From the IMG/VR virus record IMGVR_UViG_3300045988_006050: 39,849 bases of DNA; one strand, given 5' to 3'. This stretch comes from a virus. Both the position numbers and the translations under genes were made by a program. Below are positions 23,809 to 33,533 of the stretch, piece after piece. The notes under the pieces are model-generated. The model worked only from the letters and a program-made list of their open reading frames with translations. It searched no databases and was not told where the DNA came from. Numbering within the stretch: the first letter of the stretch is position 1; the number at the start of each line of letters is the position of its first letter.

Positions 23809-24155
23809 GCTTACTTGACGATTTTGCAAGACCGTGTGTCCTCTTGGACAAAAGCCGCGTGCCGGACGGCGAGAGCGGCTATATCACGACGTGGGCGGAA
23901 GGCGCGGAGTTTTACAACTATCAGGCGCTTGATACGTCGATGGAGGCAAGGAGAGCCGAAAAAGAGGGCGTTACAAGCGTTTACTCGGTTCTGGTTCAGC
24001 AAAGCGTTCCGATTGAGTATAACGACTTCTTCCGGGATAAAACGACCGGCGAGACGTACCGTGTAACATCGGAACCGACGGCAAAGCAGTCCCCACGCTC
24101 GGCCAGCTTCGATCTCAAGTATTTCACGGCAGAAAAGAAGGCGTTACCGGCATGA
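23805..24155 (+). CDS. Head-closure (head-tail joining) protein candidate
   Basis: ATGA coupling. ~116 aa. Typical position. Confidence 0.55.
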   Translation: MSLLDDFARPCVLLDKSRVPDGESGYITTWAEGAEFYNYQALDTSMEARRAEKEGVTSVYSVLVQQSVPIEYNDFFRDKTTGETYRVTSEPTAKQSPRSASFDLKYFTAEKKALPA

Positions 24156-24520
24156 CAAAGGGACAGGCTCTACAAGAATGGTTTTCGCAGTTCCTGACAG
24201 CCTATTCGACGTCCAGCGTGCCGGACGATGCTGTTTTCCCGTGGCTCACGTATGAGCTTATTACGGGCGCATGGGATAGTGGAGAGATCGGGCTTACGGT
24301 GAACCTGTGGTACTACACGGAAAAGGAAGCAGAACCGAATGCCAAAGCGCAGGAAATTTCGGACGCGATCGGTTTTGGCGGCGTGTTCGTTCCGTGCGAC
24401 GGCGGTGCAATTTGGATTAAGCGCGGAACGCCGTGGTGCCAGAACATCGCGGATGATTCCGACAAATACATCAAGCGGCGGTATTTGAACGTAACGGTCG
24501 AATACATTACCGCGAACTGA
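24152..24520 (+). CDS. Tail-completion/tail-terminator candidate
   Basis: ATGA coupling. 122 aa, just upstream of the major tail gene. Confidence 0.5.
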   Translation: MTKGQALQEWFSQFLTAYSTSSVPDDAVFPWLTYELITGAWDSGEIGLTVNLWYYTEKEAEPNAKAQEISDAIGFGGVFVPCDGGAIWIKRGTPWCQNIADDSDKYIKRRYLNVTVEYITAN

Positions 24521-24533
24521 AAGGACTGATTTC

Positions 24534-25124
24534 ATGGCGAAATTTACAAAAATTCCGGCGGATACGTTTAAGCAGCTGCAAATCAACGCTGGCGTTGTTT
24601 TGAGCGAATTTACGCCTGCAACCGGAACGTTTGAACCGGAGAACCAGATCGGTGCAACTACCGGAGGCGTTACATTTTCCGCGACACCGACGTATTCCGA
24701 CTACGGCTCGGATGTGGACAATTGCCCCAAGAACACAATGGAAATGAAGCGGATGGACGATGTCGAAGTGAAACTTTCCGGTACATATGTAACGGCTACG
24801 ACCGCCTCCGCGAAATCTCTTATGGCGGCGGCTGACATCGACGGCACAGATACGACGAAGGTTGTTCCTCGGCGTGATCTTTCGGCGGCTGACTTTGCGG
24901 ACATCTGGCTTGTGGGCGATTATTCCGACAAGAACGGTGCGACAAACGGTGGCTTCATTGCTATTCGTCTTATGAACGCGCTGTCGACCGGCGGATTCCA
25001 GCTGAAAACAGCGGACAAGAACAAGGGGCAGATGGCGTTTGAGTACACGGCGCACTATTCGATGTCGAAGCAGGACGTTGTGCCGTATGAGGTTTATATC
25101 AAAGCAGGTACGGCTGAAACGTAA
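24534..25124 (+). CDS. Major tail protein
   Basis: 196 aa, directly upstream of the G/G-T chaperone pair and the tape measure. Confidence 0.8.
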   Translation: MAKFTKIPADTFKQLQINAGVVLSEFTPATGTFEPENQIGATTGGVTFSATPTYSDYGSDVDNCPKNTMEMKRMDDVEVKLSGTYVTATTASAKSLMAAADIDGTDTTKVVPRRDLSAADFADIWLVGDYSDKNGATNGGFIAIRLMNALSTGGFQLKTADKNKGQMAFEYTAHYSMSKQDVVPYEVYIKAGTAET

Positions 25125-25136
25125 GGAGAAGAAAGT

Positions 25137-25505
25137 ATGAAATTTTCGGAACTTAGCACGGATAGGGCGGCTGACGTTCTTTGCGAGGTCAGCGTGTACG
25201 CGCTCAACATCCTGACGGACGATGAGCTTCGAGAGAGTCTGAAAGCACAGATCGACGCGGAGAAGCCGCAGACAGCCGGTGAAAAATACGCGATCGGTGC
25301 GCAGAAGATCGGGCAGTGGATTCCCCTGATCCTGAAAAAGCATCGGGAAGATGCACTCGGCATTCTGGCTGCGGTCAACGAAACGACCGTTGAGGCGGTC
25401 AAAAAGCAGAGCGTTCTTAAAACCATGCGGCAGATTCAGGAGCTCGCCAAGGACAAGGATATGCTGGATTTTTTCAAATCGTGCGCGTCGGAGGCGAAAG
25501 CGTAA
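25137..25505 (+). CDS. Tail assembly chaperone (G-like)
   Basis: Position. Slippery heptamer near the 3' end. Confidence 0.8.
   Translation: MKFSELSTDRAADVLCEVSVYALNILTDDELRESLKAQIDAEKPQTAGEKYAIGAQKIGQWIPLILKKHREDALGILAAVNETTVEAVKKQSVLKTMRQIQELAKDKDMLDFFKSCASEAKA
25469..25475 (+). promoter_or_regulatory. -1 programmed ribosomal frameshift site T_TTT_TTC
   Basis: X_XXY_YYZ heptamer in the zero frame (gaT TTT TTC). The -1 frame is open through 25789. Confidence 0.75.
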
Positions 25506-25789
25506 CGCTTGCGCTTCTGGCGGCTCCAAAGATAAGCGCGGGAGGGCTGATTCGCCTTTTGCCGATTTTGGTAAAGCGGCAGCAGGAGGAATCAGCCTTC
25601 CGCATTTATACGACGGAGTGTTTGCGCACAATGACGGAAAACACAGCGAAATTCGCGGGCGGCAGCTTTGTTCAGGCGAAATATTCCGACCTGATAGACC
25701 CGAAGCCGCAGGACAACCGAACCTGCGAAGAAATCACCGCCGAGGTTGTTAAGCGGTGCGGACTGGTGGTGAAAGATGAATCTATTTGA
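25481..25789 (+). CDS. T-like extension of the tail assembly chaperone (expressed as a G-T fusion by -1 frameshift)
   Basis: -1 frame relative to 25137-25505. Overlaps the tape-measure start. Confidence 0.75.
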   Translation: MRVGGESVTLALLAAPKISAGGLIRLLPILVKRQQEESAFRIYTTECLRTMTENTAKFAGGSFVQAKYSDLIDPKPQDNRTCEEITAEVVKRCGLVVKDESI

Positions 25790-27785
25790 ACTTTTTGTAA
25801 AAATAGGTGCGGATACGACCGAAGCGAATAAAGGCATTGATGAAGTTGGGCAGAAAACATCCGGGCTCGGCGAAAAACTGAAATCCGGACTTGCTACGGC
25901 TGGTAAAGTGGCTGTTGCTGGTGTCGCGGCTGGCGCCACCGCAATCGGAGCGCTCGGGACGAAAGCGGTTGCCGCTTACGCTGACTATGAACAGCTTGTG
26001 GGCGGTGTGGAAACGCTTTTCAAGGACAGCCAAGATCAGGTTATGGATTATGCGAACAACGCATATAAGACCGCTGGCCTGTCCGCAAATGAATATATGG
26101 AGACGGTAACGAGCTTCTCGGCCTCTCTGCTGCAATCTCTCGATGGAGACACAAGCGCGGCAGCGGACAAGGCGAACTTGGCAATTACCGATATGTCCGA
26201 TAACGCAAACAAGATGGGTACGGACATGACATCCATCCAAAATGCTTATCAAGGCTTTGCGAAATCGAACTATACAATGCTGGACAACTTAAAACTCGGC
26301 TACGGCGGAACGCAGGCGGAAATGGAGCGGCTGCTTGCGGACGCAGAGAAGATTTCCGGCATCAAGTACGATATTTCAAGCTATGCGGACATCGTAGATG
26401 CTATCCACGTGGTGCAGACGGAAATGGGCATCACGGGCACGACGGCAGAGGAAGCGGCAAGCACGATTCAGGGCTCGTTCGGTATGATGAAATCTGCATG
26501 GCAGAACCTTGTGACCGGCATGGCAGACCCTGACCAAGATTTGGGCGTTTTGGTAGGGAACTTTACGGATTCTGTGGTCATCGCAGGGAACAATCTGATT
26601 CCTCGGATTCAGGAGCTTTTGCCGCGTATCGTCGAAGCGACAACGTCCCTTATCGGAACGGTAAGCGAACAGTTACCGGCGATTCTGGGCACGGTACTGC
26701 CGTCTCTTGTAGAGGGCGCTACAAACCTTGTAACCGGTCTTATGGCGTCTTTGCCGTCTGTGTTGTCGGTTTTGGCGGACGTTGCGCCGACGGTCATCAA
26801 CACACTCGTTCCGGCTCTCATTGAGCTTTTGCCGCAGATCACACAGACTGGCATTGATGTCATTGTATCGCTTGCACAGGGTATTGCAGACGCGCTCCCG
26901 CAGCTGATTCCCGCCGCAACGGATGCAATTATTGAAATCGTAGAGGTTTTGACCAGCCCGGAAAATCTCGGGAACCTGATTGACGCAGCGCTTGCTATCA
27001 TTCTGGCTCTTGTTGATGGGCTTGTAGATGCGACTCCGAAACTGATTGCAGCAGTTCCGGACGTTATCTCGAACCTTGTCACGGCGATCATTGCAAATAT
27101 GCCGAAAATTCTTGAAGCAGGCGTGGAAATCACAATGGCGCTTGCGGATGGGCTTATCAAGGCGCTTCCGGAGCTGATCGCGGCGATTCCGAACCTGATT
27201 CTCGGCATCGTGCAGGGCATTATCGACAATCTGCCGGAGATCATCATGGCAGGCCCCAAAATCATTGCGGCTCTGGCAACTGGCTTGATTGAAGCGATTC
27301 CGGATATCGTTATGGTCATCCCGCAGTTGATTCGGTCTATCGTGGACACATTCCTTTCGTTTGACTGGGGAAGCATCGGCAAGAACATTGTCGATGGCAT
27401 CAAAAACGGCTTCGTGAATATGTGGAACAGTTTCAAGCAGACGGTTGAAAACGTCTTCACGGGGCTTGTGGACGGTGTGAAAAGCTTCCTCGGCATCGCG
27501 TCCCCGTCTAAGGTCTTCGCCGGTATTGGCGGATATATGGCGGAAGGACTCGGGCAGGGCTTTGATAAGGAATTCTCAAATGTCAAGCGTGGAATTCAAA
27601 GCCAACTCGATTTCGGCACGATGACCTTTGGAATGTCTTCCTTCGGTCATCTTCCGGCACTCGCCGGAGCTGGCACGACAAATAACTACTACAACATCAA
27701 TGCAGACCGGGTAAAGCAGTTTAACGACATCATCCGGATTACAGAAAATGAGCGTTTGACTTCGCGGATGGGGGTATCTGCATGA
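25776..27785 (+). CDS. Tail tape measure protein
   Basis: 669 aa, helical and Ala/Leu/Ile-rich with periodic LP..I motifs, after the G/G-T pair. Confidence 0.92.
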   Translation: MNLFELFVKIGADTTEANKGIDEVGQKTSGLGEKLKSGLATAGKVAVAGVAAGATAIGALGTKAVAAYADYEQLVGGVETLFKDSQDQVMDYANNAYKTAGLSANEYMETVTSFSASLLQSLDGDTSAAADKANLAITDMSDNANKMGTDMTSIQNAYQGFAKSNYTMLDNLKLGYGGTQAEMERLLADAEKISGIKYDISSYADIVDAIHVVQTEMGITGTTAEEAASTIQGSFGMMKSAWQNLVTGMADPDQDLGVLVGNFTDSVVIAGNNLIPRIQELLPRIVEATTSLIGTVSEQLPAILGTVLPSLVEGATNLVTGLMASLPSVLSVLADVAPTVINTLVPALIELLPQITQTGIDVIVSLAQGIADALPQLIPAATDAIIEIVEVLTSPENLGNLIDAALAIILALVDGLVDATPKLIAAVPDVISNLVTAIIANMPKILEAGVEITMALADGLIKALPELIAAIPNLILGIVQGIIDNLPEIIMAGPKIIAALATGLIEAIPDIVMVIPQLIRSIVDTFLSFDWGSIGKNIVDGIKNGFVNMWNSFKQTVENVFTGLVDGVKSFLGIASPSKVFAGIGGYMAEGLGQGFDKEFSNVKRGIQSQLDFGTMTFGMSSFGHLPALAGAGTTNNYYNINADRVKQFNDIIRITENERLTSRMGVSA

Positions 27786-27943
27786 GAAGCGAAAACTTCA
27801 TCGGCACCAACCAGGAGGGCCGCAGCCTCTCCGGCGGCGATACCTACAACTTTTACGTGCAGGCAAATGAAATTCGCGAGATCGACGACTTCATCCGCCG
27901 CATGAAAAACCAGAGACGAGTGGCCAGAATGGGGGTGACGTGA
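27782..27943 (+). CDS. Small ORF (53 aa) after the tape measure
   Basis: ATGA coupling. Fills the gap to the next gene. Below the ORF-track cutoff. Confidence 0.4.
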   Translation: MRSENFIGTNQEGRSLSGGDTYNFYVQANEIREIDDFIRRMKNQRRVARMGVT

Positions 27944-27944
27944 G

Positions 27945-29933
27945 GTGGCTACCAGCTTTAATCTTTACTGTTCCGCTTTTGCTATCCTCAAAAACGACGC
28001 GCAAGGGGTCAATGACCACACAACCTCCCCGGCAAAGCTCTACTATCACGATTTATTGTACTTGCAATTCCAGCCGCCTAGCGACGGGAAGGAATACAAA
28101 AAGCTTGTTGACGATTGGACCAAAATCAACGTATATGTGCAGGCAGCAGGCGAAAACGACACAGTCAACCTAAAAATAGGTACCTTGACTGAGCGCTTCG
28201 ACCCTCTTACCGCTACCTATGCTACCAAGCAGCGTTTCCATGTGAGCAAAGTCGAGACGAAAAACGTTTACGCTGAAGACCTCCCGAAACTGTGTGAGTC
28301 GACATATGGGCTCCCGATCCCTGACGCGGTGCAAAAGGGCGTGTTTATCGATATATCGATATCTATGGATTTTGCGTCAATCGTTACAGCAGGCGCAAAC
28401 CGGCCATATATTCCAGTGACTGTGGACGATACGACAACCTGTGGACTAAAAATATTCGAGACAACGCCGAGTTCGGGGTCTATTGTAAAAACAGAGCCAA
28501 ACACCTTCGCATGGGGTACAGATCCCGCGTTAAAATGCATCGCTGTACTAGAACAGACATCTGCCGTTTTCCGCTGGCGTTCCGGCACAAGCGGCACGAT
28601 TCATACCATTGCCGTCTCTGGCAATACCAAGAGCGTTACAGTCCCGGCAAACACATTTGCTGGCACGACGAGCATTCAGTGGCAGGTAGCCGTCACGGCG
28701 AACAGCGGCGTAACTACAACATCCGACTGGGTGACGCTCTCGACCGCCGACGCAACGTCGACCGCCGCGCCTTTGAGCCCGGTTGATACGGTGATCGACG
28801 GCTCAAAGGACGTACCGTTCCAGTGGCAGCACTCGATCGCCACCGGAACGGCGCAGAGCAAGGCAGACCTGCAAAAGAGCACCGACGGCAGCACATGGAC
28901 GACGCTTGCAACCGTCACCGGCGCTGCGCGGCAGTGGACGTGTCCTGCCGGGACGCTCACATCCAGCATCAAATACTGGCGCGTGCGCACCTACAACGCC
29001 GACGGCATTGCGGGCGCATGGAGCGATGCGGCACAGATCGTCGTGATTGCCGCGCCGACGGCTCCGAGCATCCAGATCAAGAGTACGGGTCCGCGCCCGT
29101 CCATCAGCTGGCAGACCTCCGAGCAGGAGGCATATCAGGTGGAGCTGGACGGCGCGCTCTCGGGCGGCACGCACTACGGCACGGAGAAGACGTGGACGAG
29201 CCCCGCGTATCTTGCGGACGGCAGCCACACGGTGCGCGTGCGCGTACAAAATCAATACGGCATGTGGTCAAACTGGGGAACGGCAGCGCTGCCTGTGACG
29301 AACACGCCGGGCGCGAGTATCACGCTCACCGTGCAGGCATCCAGCGTCGCGGACTTAAGCTGGCAGACCTCCGGCAGCTACGATTTTTACCTTGTGTACC
29401 GAAACGGCAAGCCGATTGCAAAGCTCCCCCAGACGCAGTACACCGACGAACTGTCTTCCGGGAACGTCACATATCAGGTGCGCGGCTGCTACGCAGACTC
29501 GAGCAATTACGGTTTGTCTAGCGCGGTCACGGCAACGATCACGACCGGACAGTATGTGACGCTCTACGGCATCGCGTCCGGGAAGAAAGTGACGCTCAAG
29601 CATTGCGGGCTCAAGAATCAGCCGGTGCAGAACGCAATCAACCGCGACATTCAGTACATTTTCATGTATGGCAGCACGTACCCGCACGCGGAAAGAAGCG
29701 AGTTCGTGACAAAGAAGGTCGGCGGAACGGCGGTATTTTTACCGGGCGAGGACAAAGCGGGATTTGACGCGCTGATTGGCGAATTGGTGTGCCTGAAAAC
29801 GCAGTCCGGCGAAATGGTGATCGGATACTTGAACGAGACAAGCGACACGTCGAGAGTGAACCCGGACAAATCCGTCATCAACTTCTCAATTCAGCAGATC
29901 GACTACGCGGAGGTGATCGACATTGATTCGTGA
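27945..29933 (+). CDS. Distal tail (Dit-like) protein with multiple FN3/Ig-like repeats
   Basis: Position after the tape measure. Repeated ~90-aa segments with W..W..S / YWRVRTYN / VRVRVQNQYGMWSNW patterns. Confidence 0.7.
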   Translation: MATSFNLYCSAFAILKNDAQGVNDHTTSPAKLYYHDLLYLQFQPPSDGKEYKKLVDDWTKINVYVQAAGENDTVNLKIGTLTERFDPLTATYATKQRFHVSKVETKNVYAEDLPKLCESTYGLPIPDAVQKGVFIDISISMDFASIVTAGANRPYIPVTVDDTTTCGLKIFETTPSSGSIVKTEPNTFAWGTDPALKCIAVLEQTSAVFRWRSGTSGTIHTIAVSGNTKSVTVPANTFAGTTSIQWQVAVTANSGVTTTSDWVTLSTADATSTAAPLSPVDTVIDGSKDVPFQWQHSIATGTAQSKADLQKSTDGSTWTTLATVTGAARQWTCPAGTLTSSIKYWRVRTYNADGIAGAWSDAAQIVVIAAPTAPSIQIKSTGPRPSISWQTSEQEAYQVELDGALSGGTHYGTEKTWTSPAYLADGSHTVRVRVQNQYGMWSNWGTAALPVTNTPGASITLTVQASSVADLSWQTSGSYDFYLVYRNGKPIAKLPQTQYTDELSSGNVTYQVRGCYADSSNYGLSSAVTATITTGQYVTLYGIASGKKVTLKHCGLKNQPVQNAINRDIQYIFMYGSTYPHAERSEFVTKKVGGTAVFLPGEDKAGFDALIGELVCLKTQSGEMVIGYLNETSDTSRVNPDKSVINFSIQQIDYAEVIDIDS

Positions 29934-30960
29934 CGTATCCTACCGCGTAGCGGTTCTTCGGAAAGGCGGCGAAGTTTCGGCGCTTTCGTGGGCAGCGGGA
30001 AATGACCCAACGGTTTATTTCGATGCGTCCGGCGAGATCAAGTCGAGCTTTTCCGGAGAGTTCTATGTGAATCCCATTGTCGACCTGCTATCAGACGAAA
30101 TTCAGCCGATTTTGACCGTGGACGGCACCGAATATCCCCTCGGGGTGTTCCGCGCTGCGACGGTGACCACAGCGGTCACAAAATACGGAAAGACGGTCAA
30201 GGTAGAGGCGTATGACCGGTGCTGGCTGCTCAAAAGCAACAAAACGCAGACGAGGGTGCATTATGCAAAGGGCACGTCTTACTTGACGGTCGTTCAGCAG
30301 ATTTTGACAACGTGCGGCGTGGCACTGGCTATCACGACAGCTTCTGCGGCAACGCTTGCCACAGACCGCGAGGACTGGGAGATCGGGACAGATTATCTGA
30401 CGATCTGCAACGACCTTCTGGCGGAGATCAACTACAAGCCCGTTTGGTTCGACGTGCAGGGTATCGCTCATATCGAGCCGTATACACAGGCGCTTGCGGC
30501 AAACATCAAGCACCGGTACGGCGGGACGGAGATTCTGAGACCGATTTCGGCAGACGCTTCGGAGGAAACGGACATCTTTTCCACTCCGAATGTTTTTGTG
30601 TGCGTCTGCTCGAATCCGGACTTGGAAGATGCGCTTGTGGCTACGGCGGTCAACGAATCGCCGTCGTCCGCGACCTCAACATTCAAGCGGAATATGCGAA
30701 TCGTTCAGGTGACGAAGGTCGACAATGTTGCATCTCAGGACGAATTGCAGACCATCGCGAACCGGCTGATGAGCGAGTCACAGCAGACGGTAAAAACAAT
30801 CAGTTTCGAGACATTTTCTGAGGGAAATCACGGCATCGGGGACGCGATCTCCATTGACCATCCGGATATCGGCGGAATCTATGAGGAAACCGCTTGGAGC
30901 ATCACGCTTGGAGCGGGAGAGCTGATGAAACACACAGCGAAAAGGACGGTGATTGCATGA
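29923..30960 (+). CDS. Tail-associated/baseplate hub (Tal N-terminal-like) protein
   Basis: TTG start with a GGAGGTGA SD. Position after the Dit-like gene. Confidence 0.6.
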   Translation: MIRDVSYRVAVLRKGGEVSALSWAAGNDPTVYFDASGEIKSSFSGEFYVNPIVDLLSDEIQPILTVDGTEYPLGVFRAATVTTAVTKYGKTVKVEAYDRCWLLKSNKTQTRVHYAKGTSYLTVVQQILTTCGVALAITTASAATLATDREDWEIGTDYLTICNDLLAEINYKPVWFDVQGIAHIEPYTQALAANIKHRYGGTEILRPISADASEETDIFSTPNVFVCVCSNPDLEDALVATAVNESPSSATSTFKRNMRIVQVTKVDNVASQDELQTIANRLMSESQQTVKTISFETFSEGNHGIGDAISIDHPDIGGIYEETAWSITLGAGELMKHTAKRTVIA

Positions 30961-31199
30961 TTCCGGGCTTATCGACGCAGAAAGAAAAGAAAGTAACAAC
31001 GCCGACATTTGACCTTGCGACGGTCGGCGCGGTGTATTCCGACGGTTTGAGCCTGATTTTTGACGGCAGCACGACGGCAAGCGAAAAGCATTACAAATGC
31101 AACACGTCGATTTCATTCAAGTCGGGCGACCGTGTGAAGATTTCGAAGATTTCCGGCTCTTACGTGGTGGATTACGTCGTCGGAATCCCAAAAACATAG
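30957..31199 (+). CDS. Small tail/baseplate protein
   Basis: ATGA coupling. 80 aa. Confidence 0.5.
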   Translation: MIPGLSTQKEKKVTTPTFDLATVGAVYSDGLSLIFDGSTTASEKHYKCNTSISFKSGDRVKISKISGSYVVDYVVGIPKT

Positions 31200-31210
31200 G
31201 GGGTGATTAA

Positions 31211-31504
31211 GTGTTTCAGAAAATCGCGAACGCTTTATCGGTGGAAGTAGAGGGAACTGACCTGACGAAAGCGACGAAGCTTGAGTTCTATGTGCGACAG
31301 GGATGCTCCTTCTTCCAGTACGAACCTACAGTAGTCGACGAAACTCACCTGCTTGTAAAAATCCCGTATGCAGACGCAATGCGGCTGCAAGCAAGCACTG
31401 TAAGGCTACAGCTTGCATTAACGGATGGCGACGGAAACCCGATGGCAGCTGAAATCGTGCAGACGGACGCGAAAAAGTTCTTGAAGGAGGCGGGATATGA
31501 TTAA
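31211..31504 (+). CDS. Hypothetical tail-module protein
   Basis: GTG start with a GGGGGTGA SD. Confidence 0.5.
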   Translation: MFQKIANALSVEVEGTDLTKATKLEFYVRQGCSFFQYEPTVVDETHLLVKIPYADAMRLQASTVRLQLALTDGDGNPMAAEIVQTDAKKFLKEAGYD

Positions 31505-31727
31505 AATGACGCTTTCCCAGCCGGAGATCAAGATGAAGATCGCCCCGGCGAAGGTGGTCTATCAGGGCGGCGGAGGCGGCACAAATGACCACACAAAGCT
31601 CTTAAACCGGGACGCGGACGACCAGCACCCGATTAAGGCCATTACGGGCCTGCAATCCAAGCTGGACACAATTCCTCCGGCGTCGGAGAAGATCACAAAT
31701 ACGGAAATAGAGGAGATGCTGAAATGA
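31497..31727 (+). CDS. Tail-fibre-associated protein
   Basis: HTKLLNRDADDQHPIKAITGL motif, common at fibre N-termini. Confidence 0.55.
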   Translation: MIKMTLSQPEIKMKIAPAKVVYQGGGGGTNDHTKLLNRDADDQHPIKAITGLQSKLDTIPPASEKITNTEIEEMLK

Positions 31728-32347
31728 GTAAATACCTGGATAACGATGGTCTGCTGTATCTCTGGAACAGCAAAATTAAGCCTCTGGTTGCGAAGTATCT
31801 GCCGCTCACCGGCGGCACGCTGACCGGCAAGCTGAAACTTTCCGGCGCACCGACAGAAGACATGGACGCGGCAACCAAGAAATACGTCGACGATTCCGTC
31901 GCGAGCGCGGGCGGCGGCGACATGCTGAAAAGCGTGTACGACAAGAACGGCAACGGCATTGTAGACAACGCCGAAAAGGTGGGCGGCTACACGGTGGCAA
32001 AGAACGTGCCGGAGGACGCTGTGTTTACCGACACGACTTATGAGGCGGCTTCGGCCACGTCGCCCGGCCTCATGTCCGCGGCGGACTACACAAAGCTTTC
32101 CGGTTTTAGCGACGCGAGCGACTATGCAAAAAAGACGGACATTTCCGGCCTTTACAAGTACAAGGGCAGCAAGGCGACGTTCTCGGCGCTGCCTACGTCC
32201 GGCAATGTGGCAGGCGATGTGTGGAATGTCGAGGACACCGGCATGAACTACGCCTGGACCGGCACCGCGTGGGACGCGCTGGGCACAACTTTTGAGATCA
32301 ACTCGATCACGAACGGCGAGATTGACACGATCACTGCGGACACGTAA
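31724..32347 (+). CDS. Tail fibre / receptor-binding protein, paralog 1
   Basis: PLTGGTLTGKL...DAATKKYVDD fibre N-terminal motif. Unique C-terminal domain. Confidence 0.75.
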   Translation: MSKYLDNDGLLYLWNSKIKPLVAKYLPLTGGTLTGKLKLSGAPTEDMDAATKKYVDDSVASAGGGDMLKSVYDKNGNGIVDNAEKVGGYTVAKNVPEDAVFTDTTYEAASATSPGLMSAADYTKLSGFSDASDYAKKTDISGLYKYKGSKATFSALPTSGNVAGDVWNVEDTGMNYAWTGTAWDALGTTFEINSITNGEIDTITADT

Positions 32348-32359
32348 GGAGGTGCAGCT

Positions 32360-32833
32360 ATGGCCTATCTGGATAACGACGGCCTGAGTTACCTCTGGAC
32401 AAATAAGATCAAGCCACTGATCGCGAAGTATCTGCCGCTGACGGGCGGCACGCTGACCGGCAAGCTAAAACTTTCCGGCGCGCCGACGGAGGACATGGAC
32501 GCGGCAACCAAAAAATATGTCGATGATTCCGTCGCGAGCGCGGGCAGCGGACCGACCCAGTACACCGGCACGCTGCTTGCCTCGGGCTGGGCTGCGGATT
32601 CGCACGGGTACCAGGCGCAGACGATCACGATCACGGGGCTGAAAGCATCATACGACATTGACCCGCAGTGGGACGTTGCGCTCTCCGGCACGGACCCGGA
32701 CGCGGACGCGGCGCTTTTGGAGGGCTTCGCTCTCATCCATAACTACAAGACGGGCGTGAACTCTCTGACCGCGCAGTGCATCGGAAAAGCACCGACGGTG
32801 AATGTCCCCGTGAAGGTGGTGGTGTTCGGATGA
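32360..32833 (+). CDS. Tail fibre / receptor-binding protein, paralog 2
   Basis: N-terminal ~60 aa nearly identical to paralog 1. Different C-terminal domain. Confidence 0.75.
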   Translation: MAYLDNDGLSYLWTNKIKPLIAKYLPLTGGTLTGKLKLSGAPTEDMDAATKKYVDDSVASAGSGPTQYTGTLLASGWAADSHGYQAQTITITGLKASYDIDPQWDVALSGTDPDADAALLEGFALIHNYKTGVNSLTAQCIGKAPTVNVPVKVVVFG

Positions 32834-33522
32834 GTGGGCGCAGCCCTAGATGGTTTACGGGGATTAAATATCCGTATGAGGCAAATTTTGCGGACAACAC
32901 ATGGGCGCAGGTCATTGCAGCCTGCCAACGCGGCACCGTCCCGGAGACATGGGCTGTCGGTAACCAGAAAACAATGACGATCAACGGAATAAGCTATCAG
33001 ATTGACATTATCGGCAAGAACCACGACACCTACACCGCAGGCGGCACGGCGCCGCTGACCTTCCAGATGCATGACTGTTACGGCGAGACCAAGAACATGA
33101 ACAGCTCCAACACAAACAACGGCGGCTGGACGAGCTGCGCCATGCGAAGCACACACCTGCCTGCCATCCTGAGCCAGATGCCGACGGAGGTACAAAACGG
33201 CATCCGCGAGGTGAACAAGTTGACCTCAGCGGGCAACCAGAGTGCCACTATCAACACCACGGCGGACAAGCTGTTTCTGCTGAGCGAGATCGAGATTTTC
33301 GGCAGCGTCAGCGATTCCATGAGCGGCGAGGGTACGCAGTACGACTACTACAAAACTGGCGGAAGCACGGTGAAGAAGCTCAACGGCTCTGCGTCTGACT
33401 GCTGGGAGCGATCGCCGTGTGCCAGCAACTTCGCGCGTTTTTGCCGGGTCAGAAGCGACGGCATCGCGGACAGTAGCAACGCCCGCTTTGCCCGTGGCGT
33501 GGCTTTCGGCTTCTGCTTCTAG
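32830..33522 (+). CDS. DUF6273-like protein (fibre-associated, function unknown)
   Basis: NTWAQVIAACQRG...WAVGNQK...GGWTSCAMRS...DKLFLLSEIEIFG...CWERSP...GVAFGFCF pattern. Confidence 0.55.
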   Translation: MSGRSPRWFTGIKYPYEANFADNTWAQVIAACQRGTVPETWAVGNQKTMTINGISYQIDIIGKNHDTYTAGGTAPLTFQMHDCYGETKNMNSSNTNNGGWTSCAMRSTHLPAILSQMPTEVQNGIREVNKLTSAGNQSATINTTADKLFLLSEIEIFGSVSDSMSGEGTQYDYYKTGGSTVKKLNGSASDCWERSPCASNFARFCRVRSDGIADSSNARFARGVAFGFCF

Positions 33523-33533
33523 GGGGTGCATCA

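Noticed and set aside
24507-25631. 374-aa minus-strand ORF spanning the major tail and chaperone genes
   Set aside because: It crosses two sense-strand genes and their intergenic SD. It is Arg-rich and low-complexity.
25900-27500. Apparent periodicity in the tape-measure gene, considered as DNA tandem repeats
   Set aside because: The repetition is at the amino-acid pattern level (LP..I..., helical heptads). I could not see extended nucleotide-level repeats.
26609-27586. 325-aa minus-strand ORF antisense to the tape measure gene
   Set aside because: Ser/Ala/Ile-rich mirror of the repetitive tape-measure coding sequence, with no independent support.
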